64,000 nt of DNA from Basidiobolus meristosporus CBS 931.73 (lineage: Eukaryota; Fungi; Basidiobolomycota). Below, in pieces: positions 26,568 through 37,772 of the stretch. The number at the start of each line of letters is the position of its first letter. Positions within the stretch are counted from its first letter, which is position 1. The notes under the pieces were generated by a model. It searched no databases and was not told the DNA's origin. It saw only the letters and a list, made by a program, of their open reading frames with translations. The stretch is from contig MCFE01000232.1 of assembly GCA_002104905.1 (NCBI GenBank), positions 57,357-121,356 of the forward strand. The letters are read 5' to 3'. A program made the translations under genes and the position numbers.

Positions 26568-27130
26568 CTACTTGTTCGGGGAGGTTCGTTGCTTCTGGTG
26601 CTCCTTCAATTTATTTTTTAGCCTTTGTTCTAAGTTTTTCCTACTTTTACTTTCAGAAGAACCGTTCGGAGCATACGTGCTTCCAGGCTTTTTCTTCTCT
26701 TCGGTAATGATCCGCATTGAATCCTGCTTGTAAGTAGCGCGAGAAGCTATTTTTGCCTTCTCTTCGCAAGCAGACGAGTGTTTCTCCGGAAGACTATTCG
26801 GGGTCGATAAAGAAAGTTCGATCGTTGCAAGCAAATGAGCATCTGACGTAACCTGAGAGAGATACAAAGGCCTTACCGATGCTTCATACAAAACTTCCGC
26901 CGACAATACCCGCACAAGAATCCCATGAGACTAGTCTTTTGGCGACAGGTTTTTTCGGCGCATTCGTTGTCTGGCTTTGCAGGTTCAGAACTAAACCAAG
27001 AATGATCGATATACTTGTGGCAGGAAGGAGATCAAGAAAGGAAGGTCACAGCACAATACCTCAATATATGGTTCACCAGATCGTCAAGATCGTCGTCTTC
27101 TTTCTTTGGGTTCTTTTGTTTTTTGCTCAT
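26568..27130 (-). CDS. Stand-alone AN1-type zinc-finger protein (3 exons)
   Basis: Spliced: MSKKQKNPKKEDDDLDDL / ...ECAEKTCRQKTSLMGFLCGYCRRKFCMKHR / LPEKHSSAC... The AN1 C/H pattern is complete across intron 26876-26794. The acceptor of the first intron (donor at 27076) is less certain. Confidence 0.8.
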
Positions 27131-27868
27131 CGTCTTGGTAATAACGGTCAAGCACCAGAAAGGTAAATTCGGATTTGATAATATTTTGTTTTGGAAGGGT
27201 TGGTACTTTGGGAACTTGACTATCTTTTGTGGATAAATCCACCTGAACCTTCGATGTTTGATTGAACCCAAGTGATTTTACATGATCTACAGTGGTGCAT
27301 ATTTTGATGATTGACTCGAAGTTCTGTGAGATAGATATGACTGAAGCCTGCTGGCTGCCACTTTGGAGAATAGGTTGCCATATGCTGTAAACATGTTGGA
27401 CCTGCATGACCCTTACCGGATAATGATATCGAGCAAGCACAAGTTGATCATTCACAGATCTATGCCACTCTCCCCAACTAGTGCACCATACTGGACTAAT
27501 TTAGGAGGACACAGCCAGGCACCATGCGCCACGCTTGACTGGGGTACCGCAAACCTGTTGGTACATTCCTTTCACAGGTGGTGGCTACCAGCCAGGATCT
27601 AATAAGAGAAGCAATCACACAAATCCATTTAATTCATTTATTTTTCACAGCCACCTGAAATGCATCTCATTCTAGTGGAAGGAAAAGAATTGATTGTTTT
27701 TCAACCAATATCCTCACATTTGATAGACTAATAAATTAATCAAATAAAAGAGTTGGTACATAAAATATATATACTGAAGGTGACAATCAATGGATGCTAT
27801 GCACCAAAAACATAATCAAATTCAATCAAAAGTGGAGATATGAGTATTTCTATCAGTGCTCTAAGAAA

Positions 27869-29094
27869 TTATTTAATTTGCACCAGCTTAACTTCGAAGA
27901 CCAAGGTGGCGTTTCCTGGAATATCCGGAGGAGCACCACGCTTACCATATGCAAGAGGAGCGGGGATGGTCAACAAACGCTCACCACCAACCTTCATTCC
28001 GACGATACCCTTGTCCCAGCCAGAGATAACTTCCCCGGCACCAAGACGGAACCAGAATGGCTTACCGCTGGTGTTTTGGTCGAAGATCTTGCCGTTGGTG
28101 AGGCGACCGATGTAACGCATACCGATCTTGTTGCCCTTCTTGGCGGCAACACCGTTACCAACGGTCTTGTCTTCGATGATAAGACCACCAGGCAAAGTCT
28201 TGGTCTTAGGCTCAGCCTTGACAGGCTTCTTCTCCTCTTGCTTGGCCTTCTTCTCAGCCTTCTTCTCTTGTTGCTTGGAAGCTTCGGCCTCCTTGGCTTG
28301 CTTGGCCTCCTTAGCCTCCTTGATCTTAGCAGCAGCAGCAGCAATCTTCTCCTCCTTAGCCTTCTTCTTGGGAACTTCCTCAGGAGCAGTACCGTTGGGT
28401 TGCTTGCGCTTCTTGGCGGGAACAGGCTTCTCTTCCTCCTCCTCTTCCTCCTCCTCTTCTTCCTCGCTTTCTTCGAGCTCTTGGATTCTGTCAGTGATGG
28501 CCTCATCCCTAAACACATACTTGTCAGCATATTTATCAAATACGATGGTGGTGCGTTAGGTTATTACTCTTCTTCGCTGTCGAACTCGTCAAGGTCCTCC
28601 AAGTCTTCCTCATCGAAGTCTAATTCCTCATCATCCTCAGGCAAGTAGTTACCGGTGAGGTGGATGGTGCTAGAAGAGAATTAGTTGACCATGCGGGACA
28701 GAGGTTAAACTAGTCAAACACTTACTTTTCACCAGTGGCGGAGAAAGTAATCTCCTCACCTTCGGTGAAGATGATGTCCAAAGGCTGTTGCTCAATCTTG
28801 TTAGGAGTGAGCGAGCAGAGAACGTAGGATTGTCCGTCTACGACGACGCTAAGGCAAGAGCGTTGCTTTCCCTTGACCTCTTCACCGAAAGAAGCCTATT
28901 GGAGGAGAGTTAGAGTCGAAGCCGCGAAGGTTGCCACGAAGCTAGACTTACCATGGAGACACGGAAAGAACCCTCAATGACTTGGGAGTAAGTCTTGTTG
29001 GGAAGGATTTGAAGACCTACACACTAGGTTAATACAACGACGCTGGTAAAGAGCTCGGCCAAATGGTTGACATACCCCAGAATGCAGTAGCCAT
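27869..29094 (-). CDS. FPR4: Nucleolar FKBP-type peptidyl-prolyl isomerase with nucleoplasmin-like N-terminal domain (Fpr3/Fpr4/FKBP39 family)
   Basis: N-terminus MATAFWG..., acidic tract, K/E-rich linker, then the FKBP domain [15 protein letters not shown]...[29 protein letters not shown]...AYG...[10 protein letters not shown]. Confidence 0.9.
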
Positions 29095-29539
29095 ATTTAC
29101 GCGAGTAGGTTACTTGGGAGAGTGAACTTGGTTACTGTAGAACTCCAAGCGCGCAGAGGTAGAATATTTATTTCCACCGACGCGATGGAAGAAAAAAAAA
29201 TGAATTTCATTCCAGGGTATGGTGGATGTAAAAAAGAAAAAAAATCGGCCACATCGACTCATCCGAAAAAAGTCTTCGGCCGCTGTGACTAGTGCCGTGG
29301 AAGTCTCCGCGTGAAAACCACGAATCTAGTCCAATGGATTCTTATCTTACTTTGGAGGGCGAATTAGGAAGATTTTCCAAAACAATGATATATTTTGTGC
29401 ATGGATTTGATCAACATGGATCAATATTTATTGTACGTGGGATCTCCATGATCCCCAACTCAATTGAGATAATATGCTAAACTTTGCTTGGGTTGCTAAT
29501 ATACTTCGTATCTATAGTGGTTCAAATGAATGGTGATGT

Positions 29540-32303
29540 TCACTCTTCTTCGCTGTCCATTTCCTCATTGTTTGCGTACAAAACCTTCAGTGGCTGGACA
29601 AATCTAGGCAGTTTGGGCAGATCGGAAATCCGAACATTCATGAGATCAAAGCTGATGCCTACTTTGGCGTGGGCATCGGTAAACACGGGCACCTGTGGAT
29701 AGCGCTGGCTGAAATGGGTCAACAATAGGAAGGTTGAGTTCATCCTAAATTTTGTTAGTGCAATCGATGTTAATGTCCATGCATGGGTGTTTGCTATCTT
29801 TGTGCGTCCTACCTGTCACTGACATCCACCGCTTCACTTGTGGTGCTATGTCGCTTCTCAATGGCTTCCTGTTTCATTTCATCCTCAAAGGTGGCTTCAT
29901 GGATGAGTAAGGTAGCCCCTTGGCCCAGTTGCACCAGTTTGTCACACGGACGAGTGTCGCCAGAGTATCTGATCATATCAAGAGCTTAGTATAAAGTGCA
30001 ACGGTTAACGTCGTTTCACATAATCCTTACACAAGCTTCCATCCCTCGGAGTGTTCCAAGCTTATCCCATAGGACCATGGGCAGTGTATAACATCGGTAG
30101 TTTTGACCTCCTTAAGATGCAGGGTCTCTTTGAGGGCTTCCAGGTGAGCTGCGACATGGCTCCGTTTCTTGTGGTAAACTAGTTCCTCCGCATTGATAAA
30201 GCGAATATTTCTCAGCCCGATTTCCTGGATATCGCTGTATTCTTGCAGCCAAGTCTGGAACTTAAATGGTGCTACGATATAGAGTGGTTGTTCCTGTGTG
30301 CTCTCCTGCAATTGGTTCCATTTGTCAAGCACCCGGATCACACCCAAGTGATGGTCAGCATGCAGGTGGGAAACAAATATGCATTTCAAGGATTTGAGGA
30401 ATTCATCCAAACTCTGGTTGATCATCTTGTTGTGGCCACTGATAATTCCTAGATGACGATACAGTTGTCCGTAGGTTCCTTCACCAGCATCCAAGAGAAT
30501 AGATCCCACGCTAGGGATGGTTACAGCCGTAGAGCTAACATTGCGATACTTCGATGGAAGGGCTGAGCCAGTGCCTAACGTGGTAACCACCACATCATGG
30601 CCTGATGTGGTGGTTGGGTTCAGTGACTCGGGGAGACTTTCCTTTAATTCCTTGATAGCAGCTAAATAGTCTTCGCGATCAGCTAGGGTGGTTTTGTACT
30701 CCTCAGATTCAGGATCAAACGGAGGAAGAACGTACGATACATCCAAGTTTTGCTTGGGCTCGGTATGATACGCGAGCAGACTCGAGGCCTCGACCGTTTT
30801 TTCTGGTAGGTTAGGGATCGATAGAAGCGGCTTGTTGGGCGTGTTGGAAAAATAGGGTAGCGGGAAGATCTCGTTGTCCATATGCGATAGCTTGAGCTGG
30901 GTTTTGGCGCTGCCAGTAAACGCGATAGTTTGTGAGCAAATGTCTGTATGCGCTACGATATGCTAGCATCTTGGTAAATATATTGTCTACGAGCACATTG
31001 AATCAAGAAAGGGTACCTGAGTTTCAGGACCAAAGCTATTCATCCATTCTTGATACTGCTCATCTTCCAACACGTTATTGCCCAACATATGGACAATACA
31101 GTGTGCTTGCGCATCTTTGTTGGTGCCTTGGTACGTCTGGAATTCGGAGGCTTTTACCAAGGATGCAATGTAGTCTGTCGAAGGACAGTCGATAATCATA
31201 AACACCTATGAAATTTTAGCACAAGCGCAGGGAGTGAAGCTAGCACACAAATCACTCCACTTACCGTTCCAAGGCGTGATGGTCCAACAACTTGCTCAGG
31301 TTGAATGATCGTCCCATCAGGTGTGGTGACTGATTGTCCGTTCTTCAATTTACCTAAGAAAGTTGCGTTTAGCATCGGAAGCATTGTTTAACTACAATTA
31401 CTGAGTGTACCAAAATCTGGACCGGGCTTTAGTCCTAATGCTATGGCTGCCTTGGCATCCAACTTCCCCTGAACTGTAGGGCCTCTACATATATAGCATA
31501 TGGAGGTTTGGGAGCGGGTGGCCCTTGGAAGCTTGTCAAATGACTTTCTGTCACCTGTCGACGCCTGTGGTTTGTTTTTTTTGTTGGCCTTTTCTTGTTG
31601 AGCCTCAAGTTGAGCTTGTTTACACATAGAGACGTTCGTGTTTTTCCCTCCAAACATCCTCTTTAGGATGGCTTCACGGATTGCCACGGCCTCTTTTGTG
31701 TTGAGATTGATGTCGGCTTCTTTGGAACGTTTTCTTTTTCCATTAGAATCAGAATCAATCAGATCATTATCTCCTGAAGAAACATCATGCTTACGCATAT
31801 CTTGTGGCTCAAGTTGAACTGCTGTTATATTTAGATTTTCATCTTTAAACGATTGTATGTCTTCATTTAGGCCAACGTCAAGAGAGGACCTGGAAAGTTT
31901 GTATAGTTAACATCACGAGATTCGGCGCAAGAGGCTGGAAACAATACCTCTGTATAAAATGACGAGTGGCTGCGATAAAGTGGGTTAGGTTCGGACCGCC
32001 ATGAAGGTTGATCTTGGTAGCGCCAGCATCGGCCAAGGTAAGCATCATTCCTGCAAAGGTGTTAGTGTTTTGAGTGGAAAGGTATACTCTGCATCATTTA
32101 CCTGGAACGCCACCGGTGTTCTCCCAATTGATTCTTGTGAAGAATATGTTTTGCAGCTTGGCAAAGCGTACTTTCTTTTCCACACACAATCGCTGTGTTC
32201 CCTCACCGCAGTTGAACAAATACCGCTGTGAGTCAAAATGTACAACCACCGAAGGTGTTACGTCCACAGTCGACGTTCCCAATATCTGGATATAGGACTT
32301 CAT
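29540..32303 (-). CDS. TRZ1: Long-form tRNase Z (ELAC2/Trz1)
   Basis: [11 protein letters not shown] pseudo-motif, exosite GP motifs, [33 protein letters not shown] (metallo-beta-lactamase HxHxDH), [15 protein letters not shown] and LTHFSQRYP. Confidence 0.95.
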
Positions 32304-32663
32304 TGCTAGGTACCCACTGGCAGAAAAAGAACGATACTGCAAAAGAAGCTTCCTCTGGACAGCAATAGAGGAACTATTGATGCTCTTGAGTAATAAAGGC
32401 ACTTTGAAAACTATTTGCTTTTGGTGCTTGGGCTATTGTTTTCGCTCGAGCAGTGCCGCCAATATTCTAAGCCGGTGCAGGCGATGAGAAAATTAAAATT
32501 GGGAAATGGCAGGCAATGATCATTACCAAGTTTTTTCTGCGCTAAGATGCGTTGATTGAAGGTGGCCCTTTGTGGGGTAAAAGAAAATTTTTCGATCATC
32601 AATTTATGATAAAAATCCTGGTAGACGAGCTCTTTCTCTTTTGCTTTACAGCTTGTATAAACC
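32304..32663. promoter_or_regulatory. Compact bidirectional promoter shared by TRZ1 and RPL39
   Basis: Head-to-head genes with ATGs only 360 bp apart. Contains GCGATGAG (32481-32488, identical to the yeast PAC motif) and AAAATTTTTC (about 32584-32593, RRPE-like). Confidence 0.55.
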
Positions 32664-32939
32664 ATGGTATGTAACTCAATCGATTATCCATCCATTCACA
32701 GCTTTGTACTTTAGTGTTTATTACCAACCTGGACCCACCTCCAAGCGATTCATCCAACTAATGATCTCTTCCAAATGTATGCATAGCCTTCCCAAAAGTC
32801 ATTCAAAGTCAAGCGCATTCTTGGCAAGAAGCAAAAGCAAAACAGACCTATCCCTCACTGGATCCGTTTGAGAACTGATAACACCATCAGATACAACGCT
32901 AAGCGCAGACACTGGCGCCGTACCAAGTTGGGTCTCTAA
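32664..32939 (+). CDS. RPL39: 60S ribosomal protein eL39 (missed by the ORF track)
   Basis: ATG at 32664-32666, intron 32667-32786 (GTATGT...TAG), then [50 protein letters not shown]. Confidence 0.97.
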
Positions 32940-33195
32940 ATCACCTATATAAGCTTATAGCATATATAGCATTGGTCGTTCGTTTAGACTCCATCTTAAT
33001 AGCAAGTTAATGTCTTTCTTCGTTGTTTTTTGAACGAAGGACCTTACACCTTTAGAGTGCCACTATAATCCCCCAATAAATACTACATACAGGATTTATT
33101 GAAAGCAATATTCAGGCTGATGCCCAATGGCATGTCCTTGGCTACTTAGTCTCGGAATTACTACGTTCAGTTTATTGATATGATAATATAGATGG

Positions 33196-33930
33196 TTACA
33201 AGGCCAGAGAAAACAGTTGGCTGACAATCATCCCAAGTGCAAAGGCAGCAGCAACAACATATAGGTTTTGATTCAAGGGCAGAGATTGAGAAAGAGGGGC
33301 TCTGGCCGCTAGAGAGGTAGGATATGGGGGAAGGCTATCGATGGAATTTCCGCAGGATATCCGATAGTCGTTGATGAGACTATCCACAGCTTTTTTCTTC
33401 TTTTTCTCGATATGGGAGGTGAAGTTGATACGATGTTTGTCGAAGCTCATGAATGGAACCCCATACCCGCAACTTGAGCCAACCAAGTTCACATCGACAA
33501 TAATGATTGATCGGACCAAATCTAATTTGGCAATGGAGTCCTTCAGTTCCATAGGGAGATGCTCAACAAACTCGGGTGTGTCCACATCATAAGCTTTACC
33601 GTGACCGAATAGGCGAATGATACGAGGAGAGCCCTCGAATGCATTAAATTGGATTGTGATACGGCCATTTCCAGCCTCTCGAAGGTGAGAAAGAGTCTCT
33701 ACTCCAGAGCCATAGAAATCGAAATACCCAACTTGATTTTCATTAATCACCCAGAAAGCGTCAAGTTCAGAATAGCTCTCGTCACCTTCCTTGACGACCA
33801 ACTTTGTCCCTTTAGGGCTGACATTAACATGGCCGTCGGAGGACAGAGGAGCCGAGGCTACCCAAAAAACTTGCTGTTGGGTAACAAACTTTCGTGTGTT
33901 GGAGCTGATAGATTGAAAGAACTGGCCCAT
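33196..33930 (-). CDS. Pyridoxamine-5'-phosphate-oxidase-like FMN-binding split-barrel protein with a hydrophobic C-terminal tail
   Basis: MGQFF...FWVASAPLSSDGHVNVSPKG, D.YGSG.ET.SHL...GRITI.F.AF.G.PRI.RLFG and SSCGYGVP motifs. Intronless. The ORF-track start at 34005 is non-ATG; the first ATG in the conserved part is 33930. Confidence 0.8.
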   Translation of the reverse strand: MGQFFQSISSNTRKFVTQQQVFWVASAPLSSDGHVNVSPKGTKLVVKEGDESYSELDAFWVINENQVGYFDFYGSGVETLSHLREAGNGRITIQFNAFEGSPRIIRLFGHGKAYDVDTPEFVEHLPMELKDSIAKLDLVRSIIIVDVNLVGSSCGYGVPFMSFDKHRINFTSHIEKKKKKAVDSLINDYRISCGNSIDSLPPYPTSLAARAPLSQSLPLNQNLYVVAAAFALGMIVSQLFSLAL

Positions 33931-34924
33931 AATACGAATAACCCTATTGCGTTCTTGGCGATTACGATATTTATACATTCTTATGTTGACTATTTTGGTC
34001 CCCAAATTGCGGATCGCTGTATTGAGTCTATCAATTAGTGTAATTTAAGGAAACCAGCTGTGGACAGAATAGTGCCCCAACTCAACCCAGCATCCGTAGA
34101 CAACGATATAGCTCAAGGGTAATACGGGCAATACGGGCAATACGGCCTCAGAAAAGCATCCTCAGATGTATTATATTATACAAACATTATCAACAAATTT
34201 ACATCGATCGCTGTATCCTGTGATATGGCGCTCTATTGGCAAATGGGCAGTGTTGGGAGTCACTAAAGCTCACCAAACACCAATTATGAGTATTTCCTCA
34301 GATAGACATGTCTCAATTGGCTTGTGGGAGAGAGTCCTATGACGTATCCTCAGTGATTTACATCACCAGTCTAAAACCATTGATATTTACCACTTCAATC
34401 CCATGCGGCCAGTCTGAACCCTAACCCTTGAAGTGGCCTTCGATGATGAATGAAAAGGGATAGAGCGGTGGCGGTGCGGAATGAATCCATATTAGAAAAG
34501 GCTACTTTGCGTTCACAGGCTGAAGCATGTTCATAATATAAACTTGAGCAATTAGGCTCTCGATGTGACTGATTTAGAGCTAGGCGGGATACACTTTAAA
34601 TGAAATGCAACTAATCTTGCAATTTACAATCTTGAGAACTTCAATCTTGTTCCTCAAATTGCCGTTTCCAGTACCACCGTAAACAAGACTAGCGTGGCAC
34701 CCATCATGAAGAAGGCGGCATTCAGCATTACATAATCAGTAGAAACAGGGTTCCATATTCTGGATCTGGGTCATTCTCCAATCTTATGAAAAGGCACGCT
34801 ACTCCCGCAGAGATATTAATTGTAGTAGTTTGGCCACGTGAAAAAGCACACCGTTCTCATATTGAAGATGTATGTCAAGATTACTTAAATCGTCTCATGA
34901 AGCGAGCCCAACACTCAGTACAGG

Positions 34925-34944
34925 ATATATATATATATATATAT
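34925..34944. repeat. (AT)10 microsatellite
   Basis: Direct reading of the sequence. Confidence 0.9.
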
Positions 34945-36128
34945 TAGCATGCCAGGGTTTTTATGACTTTGAGGTGTCAGATTTCATTAAATACTGCATT
35001 AAGTGGCGTTGTCTCTCGGGTCACTTGATACTGATTTCATAGATGGTATCCTATAAAAAATCAACGTATTCACCAGATATGGATTGGAGTTCTGAGCAGC
35101 ACTCTATCAGGCATCCATTTAGCCTTTCGGCTACGTGTATATAACCAGACTCCTCATATGCATTCGTATCTAAAGGCAGCTCAACAAGACGATTGGAATT
35201 GAATATTGCTTCTTGGCTGGTCAATCAATATGAGTGAGAATCACCTTGGCACCATCATGTTCGTGAAGGTACATACTATTGATCACTAGATGTATTCGGG
35301 CAGTAGAGACGGAAGTTGATCATCAACTCATTATTGCAAAATACCAATGCAGTTCGATTAATGAGTGCCTTGCCGTTATAACCATACCTTTCAGCATCAA
35401 CTACTTTACCTATTGAGAACGTTACAAATTGGATCCAGTGTAAGTAACCACTGCCTAAAAACGCCAAATTCAGTGTAGAGTGTTGTTAGAATGGTGGTTC
35501 ATCGTGCCGTAGATATCAAACATATGGAATTCGGTTGTTAATGAAGAGAAAGTTACTGAATCTTGAAAGTTCAAGAGAAAATAACGTGGAGTACAGCTTA
35601 CCTTTCTCAGAAACATGCCAACATCGGAAGGCTCATGACTGTATTTGAACAATATGTGTGAGTTAAAAGGGGCAGCCGAATTCATGACTGAGCGTGCAAT
35701 GACCAATCAGTGAACCTTAGAGAGCACCTTGGGGGTCTCGGCTAGCATGTGCAGTAGGTCGTCTACACCACAAATGTCACTGATAAAGTTAATCTCATTA
35801 TCTCATCTTATCAAACTTACTAACTGGTTCATTCGTGTCTGTTATGGATATTGAATTTCCTCCAAAAATTGGCTGCCTATATCAGTATAAAGAGAGGGAC
35901 CAGGTTTAATCGTAGAATTGCTGTGGTGTGGGTCTCTTATCTGTCCCTTTCGGACTGTTCAAATATCATTTACCCATTTAGGATTATCGATATTTTTACC
36001 GGTGGCTTCTGACCCAATCATCTGGCATCGGAAAGTCATTAAAAACGTATCCCAGAATACCCCATCTTTTTCGTGCTGAATTTGTTTATTGCAATCTCAA
36101 TTACTTTACATATCCTTGACTGGTTACA

Positions 36129-37452
36129 ATGTCCAAAGCTGATGACCCCATGCGTGCCGTGAAGGACTGTGTTGCAGGTTCTGTTGGTGGCATTCTTCAA
36201 GTTTTTGCCGGCCAGGTACACAGAATACTAGGCCACAAACCAGACCTGACGACTAACTAGATTCTATGCATCTCTACAGCCTTTCGACACAATCAAAGTG
36301 GTATGTTGATGCTAAGGAAGATGTCCAGTACCTGATACCAGGAACTAATTGGCAACACTTACAGAGATTACAAACACAACCAACTCCTGCACCTGGAGCT
36401 GCTCCGTTGTATACTGGAACTATCGATTGTGTTAAAAAAACTTTAGCCAAGGAAGGCTTTTCCGGATTTTACAAAGTGTGCCCATTCAGTGACTACCTCC
36501 TTGCCGCATTCGTGCTAATCATAAGATATATCAGGGCACTACTACGCCTCTGGTTGGTGTCGGCGCCTGTGTATCCATTCAATTCTTGGTCCTCGAGGCT
36601 GCCAAGCGTGCATATACTAATGTCAACAAGAAAGCTGGCAAAGGCGCAGATTCCAACATTCTCTCTTTCTCACAATTGTATGTTGCCGGTGCTGCTTCTG
36701 GTGTTGCCAACTCGGTGGTTTCTGGTAGAGTGCATACATTTATTCTCGTTAATCTCGAGGTAACAAGGTAGACTAATCATTACTATAGGTCCTGTAGAAC
36801 ATATTCGTACACGCCTACAAGTCCAAACGTCTAGCCGGCCAGCACTGACTGGTGGTGCTGGCTCTCAAGCTCCTTCCAAAGTCTTTTATACTGGTCCAAT
36901 TGACTGTATTCAGAAGATTTACAAATCTTATGGCCTTCGTGGTATTTACAAGGGCCAAGTTGCTACCATGATCCGTGAATTCCAAGGTTATGGCGCTTAT
37001 TTTCTTGCGTACGAATATTTGGTTCAACGGGCAATGCAGAAAGAAAACAAAGCTCGTGATCAACTTGCTACGTGGAAAGTCTGTATTTTCGGTGCCGCTG
37101 CTGGATACGCTATGTGGTTGACAGTCTATCCAATTGTGAGTAGTAGAAACATGCGGCTCGTCATTCATTTACTTACCGAAATCTGTTTAGGACATTGTGA
37201 AATCCAAACTCCAGACAGATAGCTTTGACTCTGCATCTCAGAAGTACAAGTCTATGATCGATTGTGCTCGTAAAACTTTTGCCCATGAAGGAGCCGCCGG
37301 TTTCTTCCGCGGTATTGCTCCTTGTATTATCCGTGCTGCCCCCGCCAATGCAGCCACCTTTGTTGGGTAAGTTTTACCATTTTTATTTTCTACAGAATTA
37401 GCCTTAATATTGTAAACATAGGTTTGAGTTCGCCATGAGATTCTTGCAGTAG
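36129..37452 (+). CDS. Mitochondrial carrier (SLC25), Ymc1/carnitine-carrier subfamily
   Basis: Three carrier repeats with Px[DE]xx[KR] signatures ([28 protein letters not shown]), plus [27 protein letters not shown] and [20 protein letters not shown]. Confidence 0.9.
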
Positions 37453-37772
37453 ATGATACCCATTGATGTCACTCCAGAGAATATCGATGCCTAAGCATAT
37501 TCAACAATCTAAGCATCATTTCCCTCAATCCCATGTAACACATTCATTTCATTGCATCCTAACTGATAATATCCACCATAATACATACAATCAAATTATG
37601 CTTTATTCATTGCTTCAGTTACGGTAATGACTACCGTTTTTCATTCTAGAAAACAAGAGTCCACATTTCCGAGATACGTTACGCTTTTACACCGAGCTGG
37701 TCCAGTTTCAGTACTACTGTTGGTCATACGTGATGATAAGCCTTCTCTTCTGAATAAACTATAATGCGTTTG

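Noticed and set aside
27794-28648. Long plus-strand ORFs (284 aa and 143 aa) antisense to the FKBP gene; similar antisense ORFs overlap the Slm1-like repeat and HECT genes
   Set aside because: They are shadow frames caused by biased codon usage and repeats on the real coding strand.
34900-35710. Possible spliced gene on the minus strand, including a YGYNGKAL string resembling the MutL GFRGEAL motif
   Set aside because: The string lies right after a likely donor site (GTATGG). No consistent exon chain gives a long or recognisable protein.
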